From the NCBI GenBank assembly GCA_016929445.1, contig JAFGIU010000011.1, positions 43,068 to 107,067 on the forward strand: a DNA stretch of 64,000 nt. Reading direction: 5' to 3'. Origin of the DNA: Candidatus Omnitrophota bacterium (GTDB lineage Bacteria > Omnitrophota > Gorgyraeia > JAFGIU01). The notes under the pieces were generated by a model. That model saw only the letters and a list, made by a program, of their open reading frames with translations. It searched no databases and was not told the DNA's origin. Both the position numbers and the translations under genes were made by a program. Position 1 is the first letter of the stretch; every line of letters begins with the position of its first letter. Shown here piece by piece: positions 28,305-38,013 of this stretch.

Positions 28305-29193
28305 AGTCTATGCCGGGGGATTTCATGCGCTGAAGGGTGTCGACTTAGAAATCCGCAAAGGGGAGATCTTTGCCCTGCTCGGGCCCAACGGCGCCGGGAA
28401 AACCACGCTGATCAACACTATTTGCGGCATTGTGAAACCTACCGGAGGGGAAATCCGGGTGGCCGGGTTTGATGTCATCAAAGATTTCCGTGAGACTCGC
28501 TCCTTGATCGGAATGGTCCCCCAGGAGCTGACTAACGAGATGTTTGAAACCGTTTGGAATACGGTTAACTTTAGCCGGGGGGTTTTCGGTAAGCCAGCCA
28601 ACAAAGCTCTGGTGGAAGAAATTCTCAAACAGTTGAGTTTGTGGGATAAGAAGGACAGCAAGACAATGACCCTGTCCGGCGGCATGAAGCGGCGCGTGAT
28701 GATTGCCAAGGCCTTGTCGCATGAACCTCAGTTGTTGTTTCTGGACGAGCCTACTGCAGGGGTCGATGTAAATCTGAGGAAGGATATGTGGGAGCAAGTG
28801 CGAAATCTTCAGAAAACCGGGGTCACGATCATATTGACAACCCACTACATTGATGAAGCCGAGGAGATGGCCGACCGGATCGGAGTAATCAATCACGGCC
28901 AAATCATTGTCACGGATAATAAAATCGACCTGATGAAAAAGCTGGGGCGGAAACAACTGATTCTGGATTTGAGAGATCCGATCGCCGGGCTGCCTGCCCA
29001 ATTATCGCGTTGGACTCTTGCGTCGAACGCCGAAGGAACGCGCCTGACTTACACCTATGATTCCAACAAGGACGATAACGGAATCTCGGAGCTTTTGGCC
29101 GGTTTGGGAGCCGCAGGCATCTATTACAAAGACATTCATACGGACCAGAGCTCTCTGGAAGATATCTTTATCGAATTGGTGAAGCCCTCATGA
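28270..29193 (+). CDS. ABC transporter ATP-binding protein (ABC-2/DrrA-type exporter)
   Basis: Walker [10 protein letters not shown]. Signature LSGGMKRR. Walker [13 protein letters not shown]. Confidence 0.85.
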   Translation: MSAILSVSNLTKVYAGGFHALKGVDLEIRKGEIFALLGPNGAGKTTLINTICGIVKPTGGEIRVAGFDVIKDFRETRSLIGMVPQELTNEMFETVWNTVNFSRGVFGKPANKALVEEILKQLSLWDKKDSKTMTLSGGMKRRVMIAKALSHEPQLLFLDEPTAGVDVNLRKDMWEQVRNLQKTGVTIILTTHYIDEAEEMADRIGVINHGQIIVTDNKIDLMKKLGRKQLILDLRDPIAGLPAQLSRWTLASNAEGTRLTYTYDSNKDDNGISELLAGLGAAGIYYKDIHTDQSSLEDIFIELVKPS

Positions 29194-29951
29194 ATTTTTA
29201 CGCAATTAACGCGATCTATCGATTTGAAATGGCCCGCTGGCTGCGCACGATCGCCCAGAGTATTGCTTCGCCGGTAATTTCTACCACCCTCTATTTTGTC
29301 GTGTTCGGCTCGGCTCTCGGTTCCCGCATCCATGAAATCGACGGGGTGAGTTACGGGTCTTTTATTGTGCCCGGGCTGATAATGCTGGCGGTGCTTACGG
29401 AAAGCCTTGCCAATGCTTCCTTCGGCATCTATTTCCCGAGGTTTACCGGAAATATCTATGAGATTCTTTCCGCGCCGCTGGATTATGCCGAGATTTTGAT
29501 CGGGTACGTGGGGGCCGCGTCGAGCAAATCCATTGTTCTGGGCTTGCTGATCTTGGCTACAGCCGCTTTCTTTGTGCCGCTGCAGATTGTACATCCTTGG
29601 GTGATGCTCTTCTTTCTGCTGCTGACTTCACTGACCTTCAGCCTGTTTGGTTTTATCATCGGGATCTGGGCGGACGGATTTGAAAAACTGCAGATTATCC
29701 CGCGTCTGATTATTACTCCCTTGGCGTTTTTGGGGGGCAGCTTCTATACCATCGAGATGCTTCCGCCCTTTTGGCAGAAGGTTTCCATGTTTAATCCCGT
29801 GGTCTATCTGATCAGCGGATTCCGCTGGAGTTTTTATGAAACCGCAGATGTCAGCCTGGGGCTGAGCCTGCTGATGATCGGCGGTTTTCTGGCCGCCTCT
29901 ATTGTTTTGGTGAGGTGGATTTTTGCAACGGGGTACAGGCTGAAAAATTAG
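29190..29951 (+). CDS. ABC-2 family transporter permease
   Basis: ATGA overlap with the ATPase gene. Six predicted TM helices. N-terminal [11 protein letters not shown] motif typical of ABC-2 permeases. Confidence 0.75.
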   Translation: MNFYAINAIYRFEMARWLRTIAQSIASPVISTTLYFVVFGSALGSRIHEIDGVSYGSFIVPGLIMLAVLTESLANASFGIYFPRFTGNIYEILSAPLDYAEILIGYVGAASSKSIVLGLLILATAAFFVPLQIVHPWVMLFFLLLTSLTFSLFGFIIGIWADGFEKLQIIPRLIITPLAFLGGSFYTIEMLPPFWQKVSMFNPVVYLISGFRWSFYETADVSLGLSLLMIGGFLAASIVLVRWIFATGYRLKN

Positions 29952-31636
29952 CGGGTGGAGCCTTGATGGCGGAGTGCTTTGAGTTTGGGGTCGGCCAGGT
30001 ACTCGTCCAGGGTGAGATCAGGTTGATCGATATAGGTGCCGTTTGGCAGAAACTCGATGATCCGGTTTGCCACGGTTTGAACAAATTCGTGGTCATGGGA
30101 AGCGAAAATGAGGCTTCCCTTATACTTGATCAGTCCCTGGTTGAGCGCGGTGATGGATTCCAGGTCCAAATGGTTGGTGGGTTCATCGAGTAATAAGACA
30201 TTGGCTCCGCTCAGCATCATCTTGGCCAACATGCACCGGACTTTTTCACCGCCTGAAAGCACGTTGACGGACTTTTGGGATTCCTCCCCGGAGAACAGCA
30301 CTCTCCCGAGAAAGCCCCGGATGTAGGTTTCGTGGGGATCTTTAGAGTATTGCCGCAGCCATTCCACCAGATTCTGATCCGAATTAAAGTAAGTGGTGTT
30401 GTCTTTAGGATAGTAAGCCTGTGTGGTTGAGATGCCCCAGCGGTACTCCCCGGCAGTGGGTTCCAACTCACCCATCAAAATGCGCAGCAAAGAAGTCTTC
30501 AGGAGGTCGTTGGCGCCCAGGAGAGCAATCTTGTCTCCCCGGTTGAGCATCAAATTGAAGTCCGCAAACATGGTTTGGCCTTCAGCTTCATAACTGAGTC
30601 CTTCGACGGTGAGAAGATGGTTCCCGGCTTCCCGGTCCTGGGTGAAGTCGATCCAAGGATATTTTCGGCTGGAAGGCTTGATATCTTCCAGTGTCAGGGA
30701 ATCCAGGAGCTTTTTTCTGGAAGTCGCTTGCTTCGACTTGGAAGCGTTGGCGCTAAACCGGGCGATAAATTCTTGAAGCTCCTTGCGTTTAGCCGCGTCC
30801 TTTTTGTTGGCGTCCCGTTTTTGCTTGAGAGCGAGTTCGCTGGACTCCCGCCAGAAATCGTAGTTTCCGGTGAAAAGCTGGATCTTTCCGAAATCGATGT
30901 CCGCGATATGGGTGCACACCCTGTTGAGAAAGTGACGGTCGTGGGAGACAACGATGGCGGTGTTCTTGAATTCAAGCAAGAACTCTTCCAAGGTCAGGGC
31001 GGTTTCCATGTCGAGCTGGTTGGTAGGCTCGTCCAGAAGCAAGATATCGGGGTTGCCGAACAGGGCCTGTGCCAGCATGACCCGGACTTTCTGTCCGCCT
31101 TCCAGCTGTTTCATCTGAAGCTGGTGCAAATTCTGGTCTACCCCCAAATCCGCCAGCAGCTTGGCCGCTTCGGGCTCGGCATTCCAACCGTCCAAATCGG
31201 CGAACTCGGTTTCCAGATCTGCGATGCGCATTCCGTCTTCGTTGCTGTGCTCACTCTTCGCGTAGATTGCGTCCTTTTCCTGCATGATTTCGTACAGGCG
31301 CTGATGGCCCATGATAACTACCGTAAGAACGGAAAACTCATCGTAGGCAAAGTGGTCCTGCTTGAGCAGGGATATGCGCTCATTGGGCGGGACCATGATA
31401 TGCCCGCGAGTGGGCTCCAACTGGCCGGCAAGTATCTTGAGGAAGGTGGATTTTCCCGAACCGTTGGCGCCGATCAGTCCGTAACAGCGGCCGGCGGAGA
31501 AGTCGATATCCACCTTCTCGAACAGAGTTCGCTGGCCAAATTGCAGGGAAATGCTTCTTGCTGAAATCACGCTAGTGCTTTCTGTAATATGGATTAGATT
31601 CGAAAAAGCGGGTGCTGCAGCGGAGTGCCGGTACAA
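29948..31636 (-). CDS. ABC-F family ATPase (YbiT-like, two tandem ABC domains, no TMD)
   Basis: [43 protein letters not shown] matches the YbiT N-terminus. Second Walker A is [13 protein letters not shown]. Two LSGGxK signatures ([16 protein letters not shown]). The true start is probably an internal GTG/TTG a few codons downstream of the track ATG. Confidence 0.8.
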   Translation of the reverse strand: MYRHSAAAPAFSNLIHITESTSVISARSISLQFGQRTLFEKVDIDFSAGRCYGLIGANGSGKSTFLKILAGQLEPTRGHIMVPPNERISLLKQDHFAYDEFSVLTVVIMGHQRLYEIMQEKDAIYAKSEHSNEDGMRIADLETEFADLDGWNAEPEAAKLLADLGVDQNLHQLQMKQLEGGQKVRVMLAQALFGNPDILLLDEPTNQLDMETALTLEEFLLEFKNTAIVVSHDRHFLNRVCTHIADIDFGKIQLFTGNYDFWRESSELALKQKRDANKKDAAKRKELQEFIARFSANASKSKQATSRKKLLDSLTLEDIKPSSRKYPWIDFTQDREAGNHLLTVEGLSYEAEGQTMFADFNLMLNRGDKIALLGANDLLKTSLLRILMGELEPTAGEYRWGISTTQAYYPKDNTTYFNSDQNLVEWLRQYSKDPHETYIRGFLGRVLFSGEESQKSVNVLSGGEKVRCMLAKMMLSGANVLLLDEPTNHLDLESITALNQGLIKYKGSLIFASHDHEFVQTVANRIIEFLPNGTYIDQPDLTLDEYLADPKLKALRHQGSTR

Positions 31637-31741
31637 GTATTGCAGTATGATAACACAGAAACCCCTAAATTCTTAAATCCAGCAACATTCGACAAAGTCT
31701 GATAAAGTAGCTGATCTCCGCGAAAGGGAAAAGACAGTCCG

Positions 31742-33580
31742 ATGCCAAATCAAAAACGAAGAAAAGATGTCCGGAATGTGGCGATCATTGCCCATGTCGA
31801 TCATGGAAAAACGACGCTTGTGGACGCATTGCTAAAGCAGACCGGAGCCCATAAATTTTTGGAGGGCGAAAGCACGATCATGGACTCCAATGACTTGGAA
31901 AGAGAACGGGGCATCACGATCTTCTCCAAGAATGCCTCGCTCCAGTATAAGGACACGCTGCTCAACATCGTGGATACCCCCGGCCACGCGGATTTTGGCA
32001 GTGAGGTGGAGCGGATACTCCGGATGGTGGACGGAGTGTTGCTGTTGGTGGATGCCTTTGAAGGCCCCATGCCCCAAACCAAGTTTGTTCTAAAGAAATC
32101 ATTGGAGCTGCATCTGAAACCGATTTTGGTCGTCAATAAAGTGGACCGGCCCAATGCCCGCCCTGAGGCAGTCCAAGACATGACGTTTGACTTGTTTTGT
32201 GAACTCAATGCTACGGACGAGCAGATGGATTTTGCCATTGTGTACGCCTCGGGAAAGGAAGGATGGGCCAAGATTGAGTTGGATGACGAAAACACCGATA
32301 TGCAACCGCTGCTGGATACCATTCTGCACCGGGTATTGCCTCCGGTAGCTGACCCGGACTTGACCTTCAGGATGCTTGTGACCATGTTGGACTACAACTC
32401 TTACGTGGGACGTATTGCTATAGGCCGGGTTTCTGAAGGCAAGGTGACGGTGGGGGATCCGTTAGTGGTGCTTAAACATGATGGTTCTCAGGCCAAGGGT
32501 AAAGTGACGCGGATTATGAAATACCGGGGCCTGGTGAGATACGAAACGGACACGGCGGAAGCGGGAGATATTATTTGCCTGGCCGGGGTGGAGGATATCA
32601 GTGTGGGGGAAACGCTGGCCTCCCCGGCAAATCCAAGCGCCCTGCCTACCATCAAGATCGACGAGCCGACCATTTCCATGAACTTTTCCCACAATACCAG
32701 TCCTTTGGCTGGCAAAGACGGCGGGCGTTTTCTGACTTCGCGTCATGTCCGGGAACGTCTTCAGCATGAGGCTATGATGAATGTGGGGATCCGGATTGAC
32801 GAGGTGGACGGGGGAGAGCGCTTTAAGGTTTCGGGCAGGGGCGAGTTGCATTTGTCCATCCTAATCGAAACCATGCGGCGTGAAGGTTACGAACTGGAAG
32901 TCTCGAGGCCGAGGGTCATCCTCAAGGAAGCTGCCGGAGTGCTTTTGGAGCCTGTGGAAGAGCTGGTCATTGACGTGGACGAAGAATACCAGGGGGCTGT
33001 GATCGAGAAGCTGGGCAATCGCAGGGCGGAATTGAGGAAGCTTGAGCAGAGCGCCGTGGGAACGGTGCGATTGGAATTTCTGATTACTTCACGGGCCTTG
33101 ATTGGATTCCGGAGTGAATTTCTCATGATGACCCGCGGTTCAGGGATTATGTATCAAAATTTTCATGAATACCAAGAATTCAAAGGAGAAATTCCCGGCC
33201 GGGGTGTGGGGGTGCAGGTTTCACAAACGAACGGGAATGCGGTTGCTTTTGCGCTCAACGGCCTGCAGGAACGCGGTGAGATTTTTGTCCACCCGGGGGA
33301 CCGGCTTTACGAAGGAATGATCGTCGGTGCCTGTAATAAGGGGAATGATATGGTGGTCAACGCGACCAAAGAGAAAAATTTGACCAATATGCGGGCGGCC
33401 GGTTCCGATGACGCGATCCGTCTAACCCCTCCGCGGGAGATGACTTTGGAGTTCGCCCTTGAGTTCATCGACGACGGGGAACTGGTGGAAGTCACCCCGA
33501 AGAATATCCGCTTGAGAAAGCAGCACCTCACCGAAGTCGGGCGCAGGCGGGCAGCCAAGAAAGCGGCCCGGGCTTGCTAG
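31742..33580 (+). CDS. typA: Translational GTPase TypA/BipA
   Basis: 612 aa. G1 AIIAHVDHGKTTLVD; G3 DTPGHADF; G4 NKVDR. EF-G-like domains III-V plus the BipA C-terminal domain. Confidence 0.9.
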   Translation: MPNQKRRKDVRNVAIIAHVDHGKTTLVDALLKQTGAHKFLEGESTIMDSNDLERERGITIFSKNASLQYKDTLLNIVDTPGHADFGSEVERILRMVDGVLLLVDAFEGPMPQTKFVLKKSLELHLKPILVVNKVDRPNARPEAVQDMTFDLFCELNATDEQMDFAIVYASGKEGWAKIELDDENTDMQPLLDTILHRVLPPVADPDLTFRMLVTMLDYNSYVGRIAIGRVSEGKVTVGDPLVVLKHDGSQAKGKVTRIMKYRGLVRYETDTAEAGDIICLAGVEDISVGETLASPANPSALPTIKIDEPTISMNFSHNTSPLAGKDGGRFLTSRHVRERLQHEAMMNVGIRIDEVDGGERFKVSGRGELHLSILIETMRREGYELEVSRPRVILKEAAGVLLEPVEELVIDVDEEYQGAVIEKLGNRRAELRKLEQSAVGTVRLEFLITSRALIGFRSEFLMMTRGSGIMYQNFHEYQEFKGEIPGRGVGVQVSQTNGNAVAFALNGLQERGEIFVHPGDRLYEGMIVGACNKGNDMVVNATKEKNLTNMRAAGSDDAIRLTPPREMTLEFALEFIDDGELVEVTPKNIRLRKQHLTEVGRRRAAKKAARAC

Positions 33581-33735
33581 CAGCGATAGGACCTATTACT
33601 CCAAGTGTTTTACTCGATCACGCAGCATAAGGGGAGGACGCGCATTGGGAGGAAGACCGACGGGCGTGCCCGGGGCGCCACACGTGGCCGCCACCGGTCC
33701 TTGTTAAGTTACGTAATCTATAGACCAACACGCAG

Positions 33736-34500
33736 GTGGCAGGCATGCTTGATTTAAGCCAAGTCTACGATCAGGGGTTCTATTCCGGGCATCTGGAAGG
33801 TTCCCTGAGTTCGGCGAAGGTGATTCTGGGTCTGCTCTTTGACTTCTACCACCCAAAATCGGTCATTGATATTGGATGTGGCTACGGCGCTTGGTTAGCA
33901 GTCGCAAAGAGCCTTGGGAGTATTACTTTGAGGGGCCTGGATGGAGATTGGATCGGGGAGGATAATCTGATAGACAGCTCGATCGAGTTTACATCAGTGA
34001 ACTTCGAACGCGATATTGAAATTCAGCAGAGATTTGATTTATGCCTCTGTCTTGAAGTTGCAGAACATATTTCCGAGGGGCAAGCCGGGGCTTTTGTTAA
34101 TCTTCTGTGTAGAGTTTCCGATGTTATTGTGTTTAGTGCCGCCGTCAAGGGGCAGGGGGGGACTAACCATATCAATGAGCAATGGCCCAGCTACTGGATC
34201 GAACGATTTCGTTCCGGAGGCTACGAGTGTTTCGACATATTTAGAGGAAGAATCTGGAATGATGAAAGGGTTGTGTGGTGGTACAGGCAGAATGTGCTGC
34301 TTTTTGTGAATACCCAGGTCCTTGGAAGTCTGTTTGATCCGGGCGATCTAAGGGACTTGGAGAGAAAAGTTTTCGATATGGTGCACCCTGCCCACTATGA
34401 ATGCCGGAGCAAGGAGTATAGGAACACACTGGAGGCCCCCACCCTTAGGTCCTGCATCAGGATGTTCGGACGCTATTTGCTCAAAAAAATTAAAGAATGA
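33736..34500 (+). CDS. Class I SAM-dependent methyltransferase (compositionally atypical, low GC)
   Basis: SAM motif I VIDIGCGYGAWLAV; motif post-I DLCLCLEVAEHI. Visibly lower GC (about 48%) than flanking genes (about 60%). GTG 33736 or ATG 33745 as start. Confidence 0.55.
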   Translation: MAGMLDLSQVYDQGFYSGHLEGSLSSAKVILGLLFDFYHPKSVIDIGCGYGAWLAVAKSLGSITLRGLDGDWIGEDNLIDSSIEFTSVNFERDIEIQQRFDLCLCLEVAEHISEGQAGAFVNLLCRVSDVIVFSAAVKGQGGTNHINEQWPSYWIERFRSGGYECFDIFRGRIWNDERVVWWYRQNVLLFVNTQVLGSLFDPGDLRDLERKVFDMVHPAHYECRSKEYRNTLEAPTLRSCIRMFGRYLLKKIKE

Positions 34501-34510
34501 ACAGTGGTTT

Positions 34511-34903
34511 TTAGCGAACTCCTAGGTGTTGGGCGGTATAGGACTTCTCCACCCCGGCATTGACTGCTTTGAGCAAGTGATCTTGCTCAAAGGGCTTGGG
34601 TATGTAATCGTAGGCGCCTAAGCGGATTGCCTCTTGTGCGATCTCCATGCTGTGGTAGGCGGTCAGCACAAGAATGGGCAGCTTCTTGTCTGTTTGACGG
34701 ATCTTGCGAAGCGTCTCAATACCGCTCATCCGGGGCAGTTTTAGATCCAGAATGAGCAAATCAGGCTGCTTCTGCTTGAGATAGTTCAACACAGCTTCGC
34801 CGTCTTCGGCCATTACCACGTCATACTCGTCCTCCAAAACCAGAGCCACAGAGCGCCGGACTCCTTCTTCGTCATCGCAAACCAAGACGCGTGCCCTTGC
34901 CAT
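34511..34903 (-). CDS. Single-domain response regulator (receiver)
   Basis: RVLVCDDEEGVRR...PDLLILDLKLPRMSG...ILVLTA...YDYIPKPF. Confidence 0.8.
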   Translation of the reverse strand: MARARVLVCDDEEGVRRSVALVLEDEYDVVMAEDGEAVLNYLKQKQPDLLILDLKLPRMSGIETLRKIRQTDKKLPILVLTAYHSMEIAQEAIRLGAYDYIPKPFEQDHLLKAVNAGVEKSYTAQHLGVR

Positions 34904-34906
34904 TGA

Positions 34907-36523
34907 TTACCTCCCTAATGCCTCTGTTAGGGGAATTCCGGGCAGTTCCAGCTCCACGGAAGTCCCCGCGCCGGGAGAACTGCGGAATCGCACCTTCCCC
35001 CGGTGTTCTTCAACGATTGTTTTCACAATAGCCAGTCCCAGTCCCGTGCCACCGGACTTGTTTGTAAAAAATGGCTGGCCCAATTTCGCGAGAATATAAT
35101 CCGACATGCCTTCACCGCTATCCTGGATACAAAGAGATTGCTTTCCGTCGTTGGAGCTGGTCATGACGGTGATTCTGCCTCCCCGGGGAACTGCCTCGAT
35201 GGCGTTGAGGAGGAGGTTGACCAGTACCTGTCTGAACTGGATAGGGTCCACTTCGCAGGGATCTGTTGTCTGGTACCAGCGCCTAAGCTGGATTTCCTTA
35301 TCCACTAACTGAGGGTTGAGCATCTGCAAGACCTCGTCCATAAGAGTGCTCAATTGGAGGGACTCAAATGAGAGTGGTATGGGGCGCGCAAAGGTCAGCA
35401 CCTGCCGCACAATACGATCGATTTTGGTCACCTCTTGGGGCACCAGGCGCGAGAATTCATCCCGGAATAAGGGGTCTTCATAGCGAGTCTGCAATTTCTC
35501 GGCAAGAATCTTGATTGTGGTAAGCGGATTCTTAATTTCGTGAGCCATGCCGGCCGCAAAGATCCCTACAGAACGCTCCTGGTCGGCGTGCAAGAGATGC
35601 GATTCCAATACCTGGCGTTCCTCGGCCAACTGCGGCAAGGAGCCCCGGAAAAAACGTTGGTCCAGCCGGGTCTGTATGTGTTGCAGCAGGGGAATGAAGG
35701 TGAGCGCCAAGAGCAGGGTGGCCCCGGCTGTGACGAGCAAAGAATGGTAGCCGAGGAAGTAGCGCGCACAGTTTTCTATACCAAGCACGAACATGAGATA
35801 TCCGACCGTGAGCAACGCGGTAATCAAGGAATAGAGTACCGCGCGGACAATTACGATTCCCGTGTTCATAAGCTGGTGTCTGAAAATCGCGTAAGTCAAA
35901 GGAATGACAAACAAGAAGATCAAATCGCCGAGAGGGCAGAAGGGAATATCGTAGGAAAGAGGGATTGTGGTAGCCCCCAAACCAAATCCCACTATACTGG
36001 CGATCAGTGTAAGGACAAGAGGCCTGAGTGCAGTCTCGGAAGCATGGTGAAATCGAGCAATGAGCACCGCATGCCCGAGCATGACATTTGCCGTGAAGGT
36101 TAATAGGAACAGCCAGGACAAGGGGCCATATGTGGGGTAATAGGCATACCACAGGCGCGGCTTCACGCCTTCAACCACCCATGGGGTTAATAGGGTCATC
36201 AAGGCAACTCCGGTTGCCAATAGGTAGAGGATTCGGGTCAGAACGGGGTTGGAAGGGTGCCTGGTCAGCGACGACACGGTCTGTTGGAACAGAACCGGGA
36301 TAAAGCAGGCGAGTGCGACGGCCAGCCGTGAAGTCCACAGGACCCAGTGTTCGCTAGGCACAACAGCCAAAAGATAAAAGACGCTCCACAGAGAGACTGA
36401 AACACTGATGGCAAACCAGAGCCGGCTGGCAGGTTCTTTGGGATTGTGGCGGAGCGTGAAGATTCCCAGAGCAAGGATGCTCAAGGCACTCAGGGTCGAT
36501 CCTATGACATGTATGAGAACCAT
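34907..36523 (-). CDS. Sensor histidine kinase with N-terminal polytopic (7TM-type) membrane sensor domain
   Basis: About 9 N-terminal TM helices. H-box AAGMAHEIKNPLTTI; N-box LLLNAIEAV; G1 QDSGEGM; G2 GGTGLGLAIV. Confidence 0.85.
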   Translation of the reverse strand: MVLIHVIGSTLSALSILALGIFTLRHNPKEPASRLWFAISVSVSLWSVFYLLAVVPSEHWVLWTSRLAVALACFIPVLFQQTVSSLTRHPSNPVLTRILYLLATGVALMTLLTPWVVEGVKPRLWYAYYPTYGPLSWLFLLTFTANVMLGHAVLIARFHHASETALRPLVLTLIASIVGFGLGATTIPLSYDIPFCPLGDLIFLFVIPLTYAIFRHQLMNTGIVIVRAVLYSLITALLTVGYLMFVLGIENCARYFLGYHSLLVTAGATLLLALTFIPLLQHIQTRLDQRFFRGSLPQLAEERQVLESHLLHADQERSVGIFAAGMAHEIKNPLTTIKILAEKLQTRYEDPLFRDEFSRLVPQEVTKIDRIVRQVLTFARPIPLSFESLQLSTLMDEVLQMLNPQLVDKEIQLRRWYQTTDPCEVDPIQFRQVLVNLLLNAIEAVPRGGRITVMTSSNDGKQSLCIQDSGEGMSDYILAKLGQPFFTNKSGGTGLGLAIVKTIVEEHRGKVRFRSSPGAGTSVELELPGIPLTEALGR

Positions 36524-36542
36524 TGCTTTAGCTCTTCAACTA

Positions 36543-37103
36543 TTAAAGTGCGGGAGGGCTCGTCACACAAACACAGCGCGCGCGTTTCTTGCCTATATTC
36601 CGGAAGTGGTGTTTTAGAGAAGCATCAAAGTAGATGGTCTGCTGAGGTCCCAAAACATAAGCAGTTCCGTTGACAAACACTTCCATGTTCCCCTCAAGCT
36701 GCAAGACAAATTTCTCGGTGCCGGAACCGGTTTGTTCCCATTGAGTTTCTCCTCCGGGATCAATGGTGATGAACACGGGCATCATTTGCTTTTTGAGAAT
36801 ATCTGTGGTGAGCACGGTCATGCTGGATTTGCCCGCAGTGTGCAAATAAACATCCTGCCGAGACTCCGGCGATTGAACAGTGACCGCATCGCGCTCCTTG
36901 CCGTTCCCCAGATCCCCGTAAAGTTCCGACATGTTGACATCCATGGCGCGGGTGAGATCCACGTGGGACTTCAGCGTGCCGGTCATCTTACCGGTTTCAA
37001 TGCGGCTGATTGTGCCGGGGTCAACGCCCGAAAGCTGGGAGAGTTTCTTGAGAGTGAGGGACTTGGAACGCCGGAGTTCGCGAAGCCTCGGGCCTATTTG
37101 CAT
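36543..37103 (-). CDS. XRE-family HTH transcriptional regulator with C-terminal cupin domain
   Basis: HTH region MQIGPRLRELRRSKSLTLKKLSQLSGVDPGTISRIETG. Cupin region GGETQWEQTGSGTEKFVLQLEGNMEVFVNGTAYVLGPQQTIYFDASLKHHFRN. The track's ORF start at 37163 is probably an over-extension. Confidence 0.75.
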   Translation of the reverse strand: MQIGPRLRELRRSKSLTLKKLSQLSGVDPGTISRIETGKMTGTLKSHVDLTRAMDVNMSELYGDLGNGKERDAVTVQSPESRQDVYLHTAGKSSMTVLTTDILKKQMMPVFITIDPGGETQWEQTGSGTEKFVLQLEGNMEVFVNGTAYVLGPQQTIYFDASLKHHFRNIGKKRARCVCVTSPPAL

Positions 37104-37342
37104 GCACGGCTCCTTGGGGTATTGGCCGAAGGGGTCAATTTGCCAGCCCCGGCAGCTTAGCAAGAAATTGAAGAAAATTCAAACTCTTCGCGCAGATGGG
37201 GGGCATTTTAAAAGAGAAGCGCGTCCGTAAGGGTGGTACAAAAGGCATCCTTTTGGGTATACTACCGCTAGGGTTCTGGACAAGTTCCAGAGATTGTTGG
37301 GGAAAAAGTACCGGAGCAACTCGCTATACATGGAGGTGATCA

Positions 37343-37723
37343 GTGAAAGCAAGGGTTTGGATGAGCGTTGTTTTTGGTTTGGCTTTTGTCCTGTCTCAAG
37401 CCGGGCCGGTATTTGCCGGGGATGTGGCCACTGTGTCGTTTAGCAAGGATAGCCCGGCCAGTGAGTGGGTCCAAGGAATGGACTACGGAGACCAGGCCTG
37501 GGGGAAGCTGGGCTTTGGAATAAAGAATCTCTTTTTGGGCTGGACCTCGATTATCCGGGATACCGAGGCTGCCGGGGATGCCGGCGATAACCGCGCTTGG
37601 GGATTTACCAAGGGTGTGGGGAACGGAATTCTGACCATGGTGGGCGGTTTGGCCCATGCGGTGACTTTCCCGATCACCAAATTGGACGTGAGCTTGCCGC
37701 ACGGCGGTGTTCTAACGGATTAG
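37343..37723 (+). CDS. Small secreted hypothetical protein
   Basis: Signal peptide MKARVWMSVVFGLAFVLSQAGPVFAG. Gly/Trp-rich mature part. No known motif. Confidence 0.4.
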   Translation: MKARVWMSVVFGLAFVLSQAGPVFAGDVATVSFSKDSPASEWVQGMDYGDQAWGKLGFGIKNLFLGWTSIIRDTEAAGDAGDNRAWGFTKGVGNGILTMVGGLAHAVTFPITKLDVSLPHGGVLTD

Positions 37724-37754
37724 TAGTTCAGGGCTCAGCTAGGAATTTGAGACT

Positions 37755-37788
37755 AAGTCCCTACCCTGAAAGGGGTAGGGACTTTTTT
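37755..37788 (+). terminator. Rho-independent terminator
   Basis: AGUCCCUACCC, loop UGAAA, GGGUAGGGACU (11-bp perfect stem), followed by UUUUUU. Lies immediately upstream of the AT-rich tpsA leader. Confidence 0.65.
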
Positions 37789-38013
37789 GTCTCGAGCTGG
37801 ATACGAGGAGTGGGGTACTTTTGTAAAGTTCTGTCAGGCAATAAGTTGCGTATGATTTCTATCAGAGTCAACATTTTTGTTTTGGGAGAAAATATAAGAC
37901 TTTATCCAAAGGGATATTTTTCAATCCAACCGGAATACTTTGTGGGGATTTTGGAGCGGTTGTATTGCCGGTGACACCTTAATTGACGACTGTTGTTCCG
38001 GGAGGACATTCCG

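Noticed and set aside
30575-31564. 329-aa plus-strand ORF antisense to the ABC-F gene
   Set aside because: It is fully contained in the YbiT-like ABC-F CDS, which has clear Walker A/B and signature motifs. A shadow ORF.
37164-37342. Possible sigma70 promoter (GGTACA ... 17 nt ... TATACT) upstream of the small secreted protein gene
   Set aside because: The -35 match is weak (about 3/6). A promoter cannot be called confidently from sequence alone.
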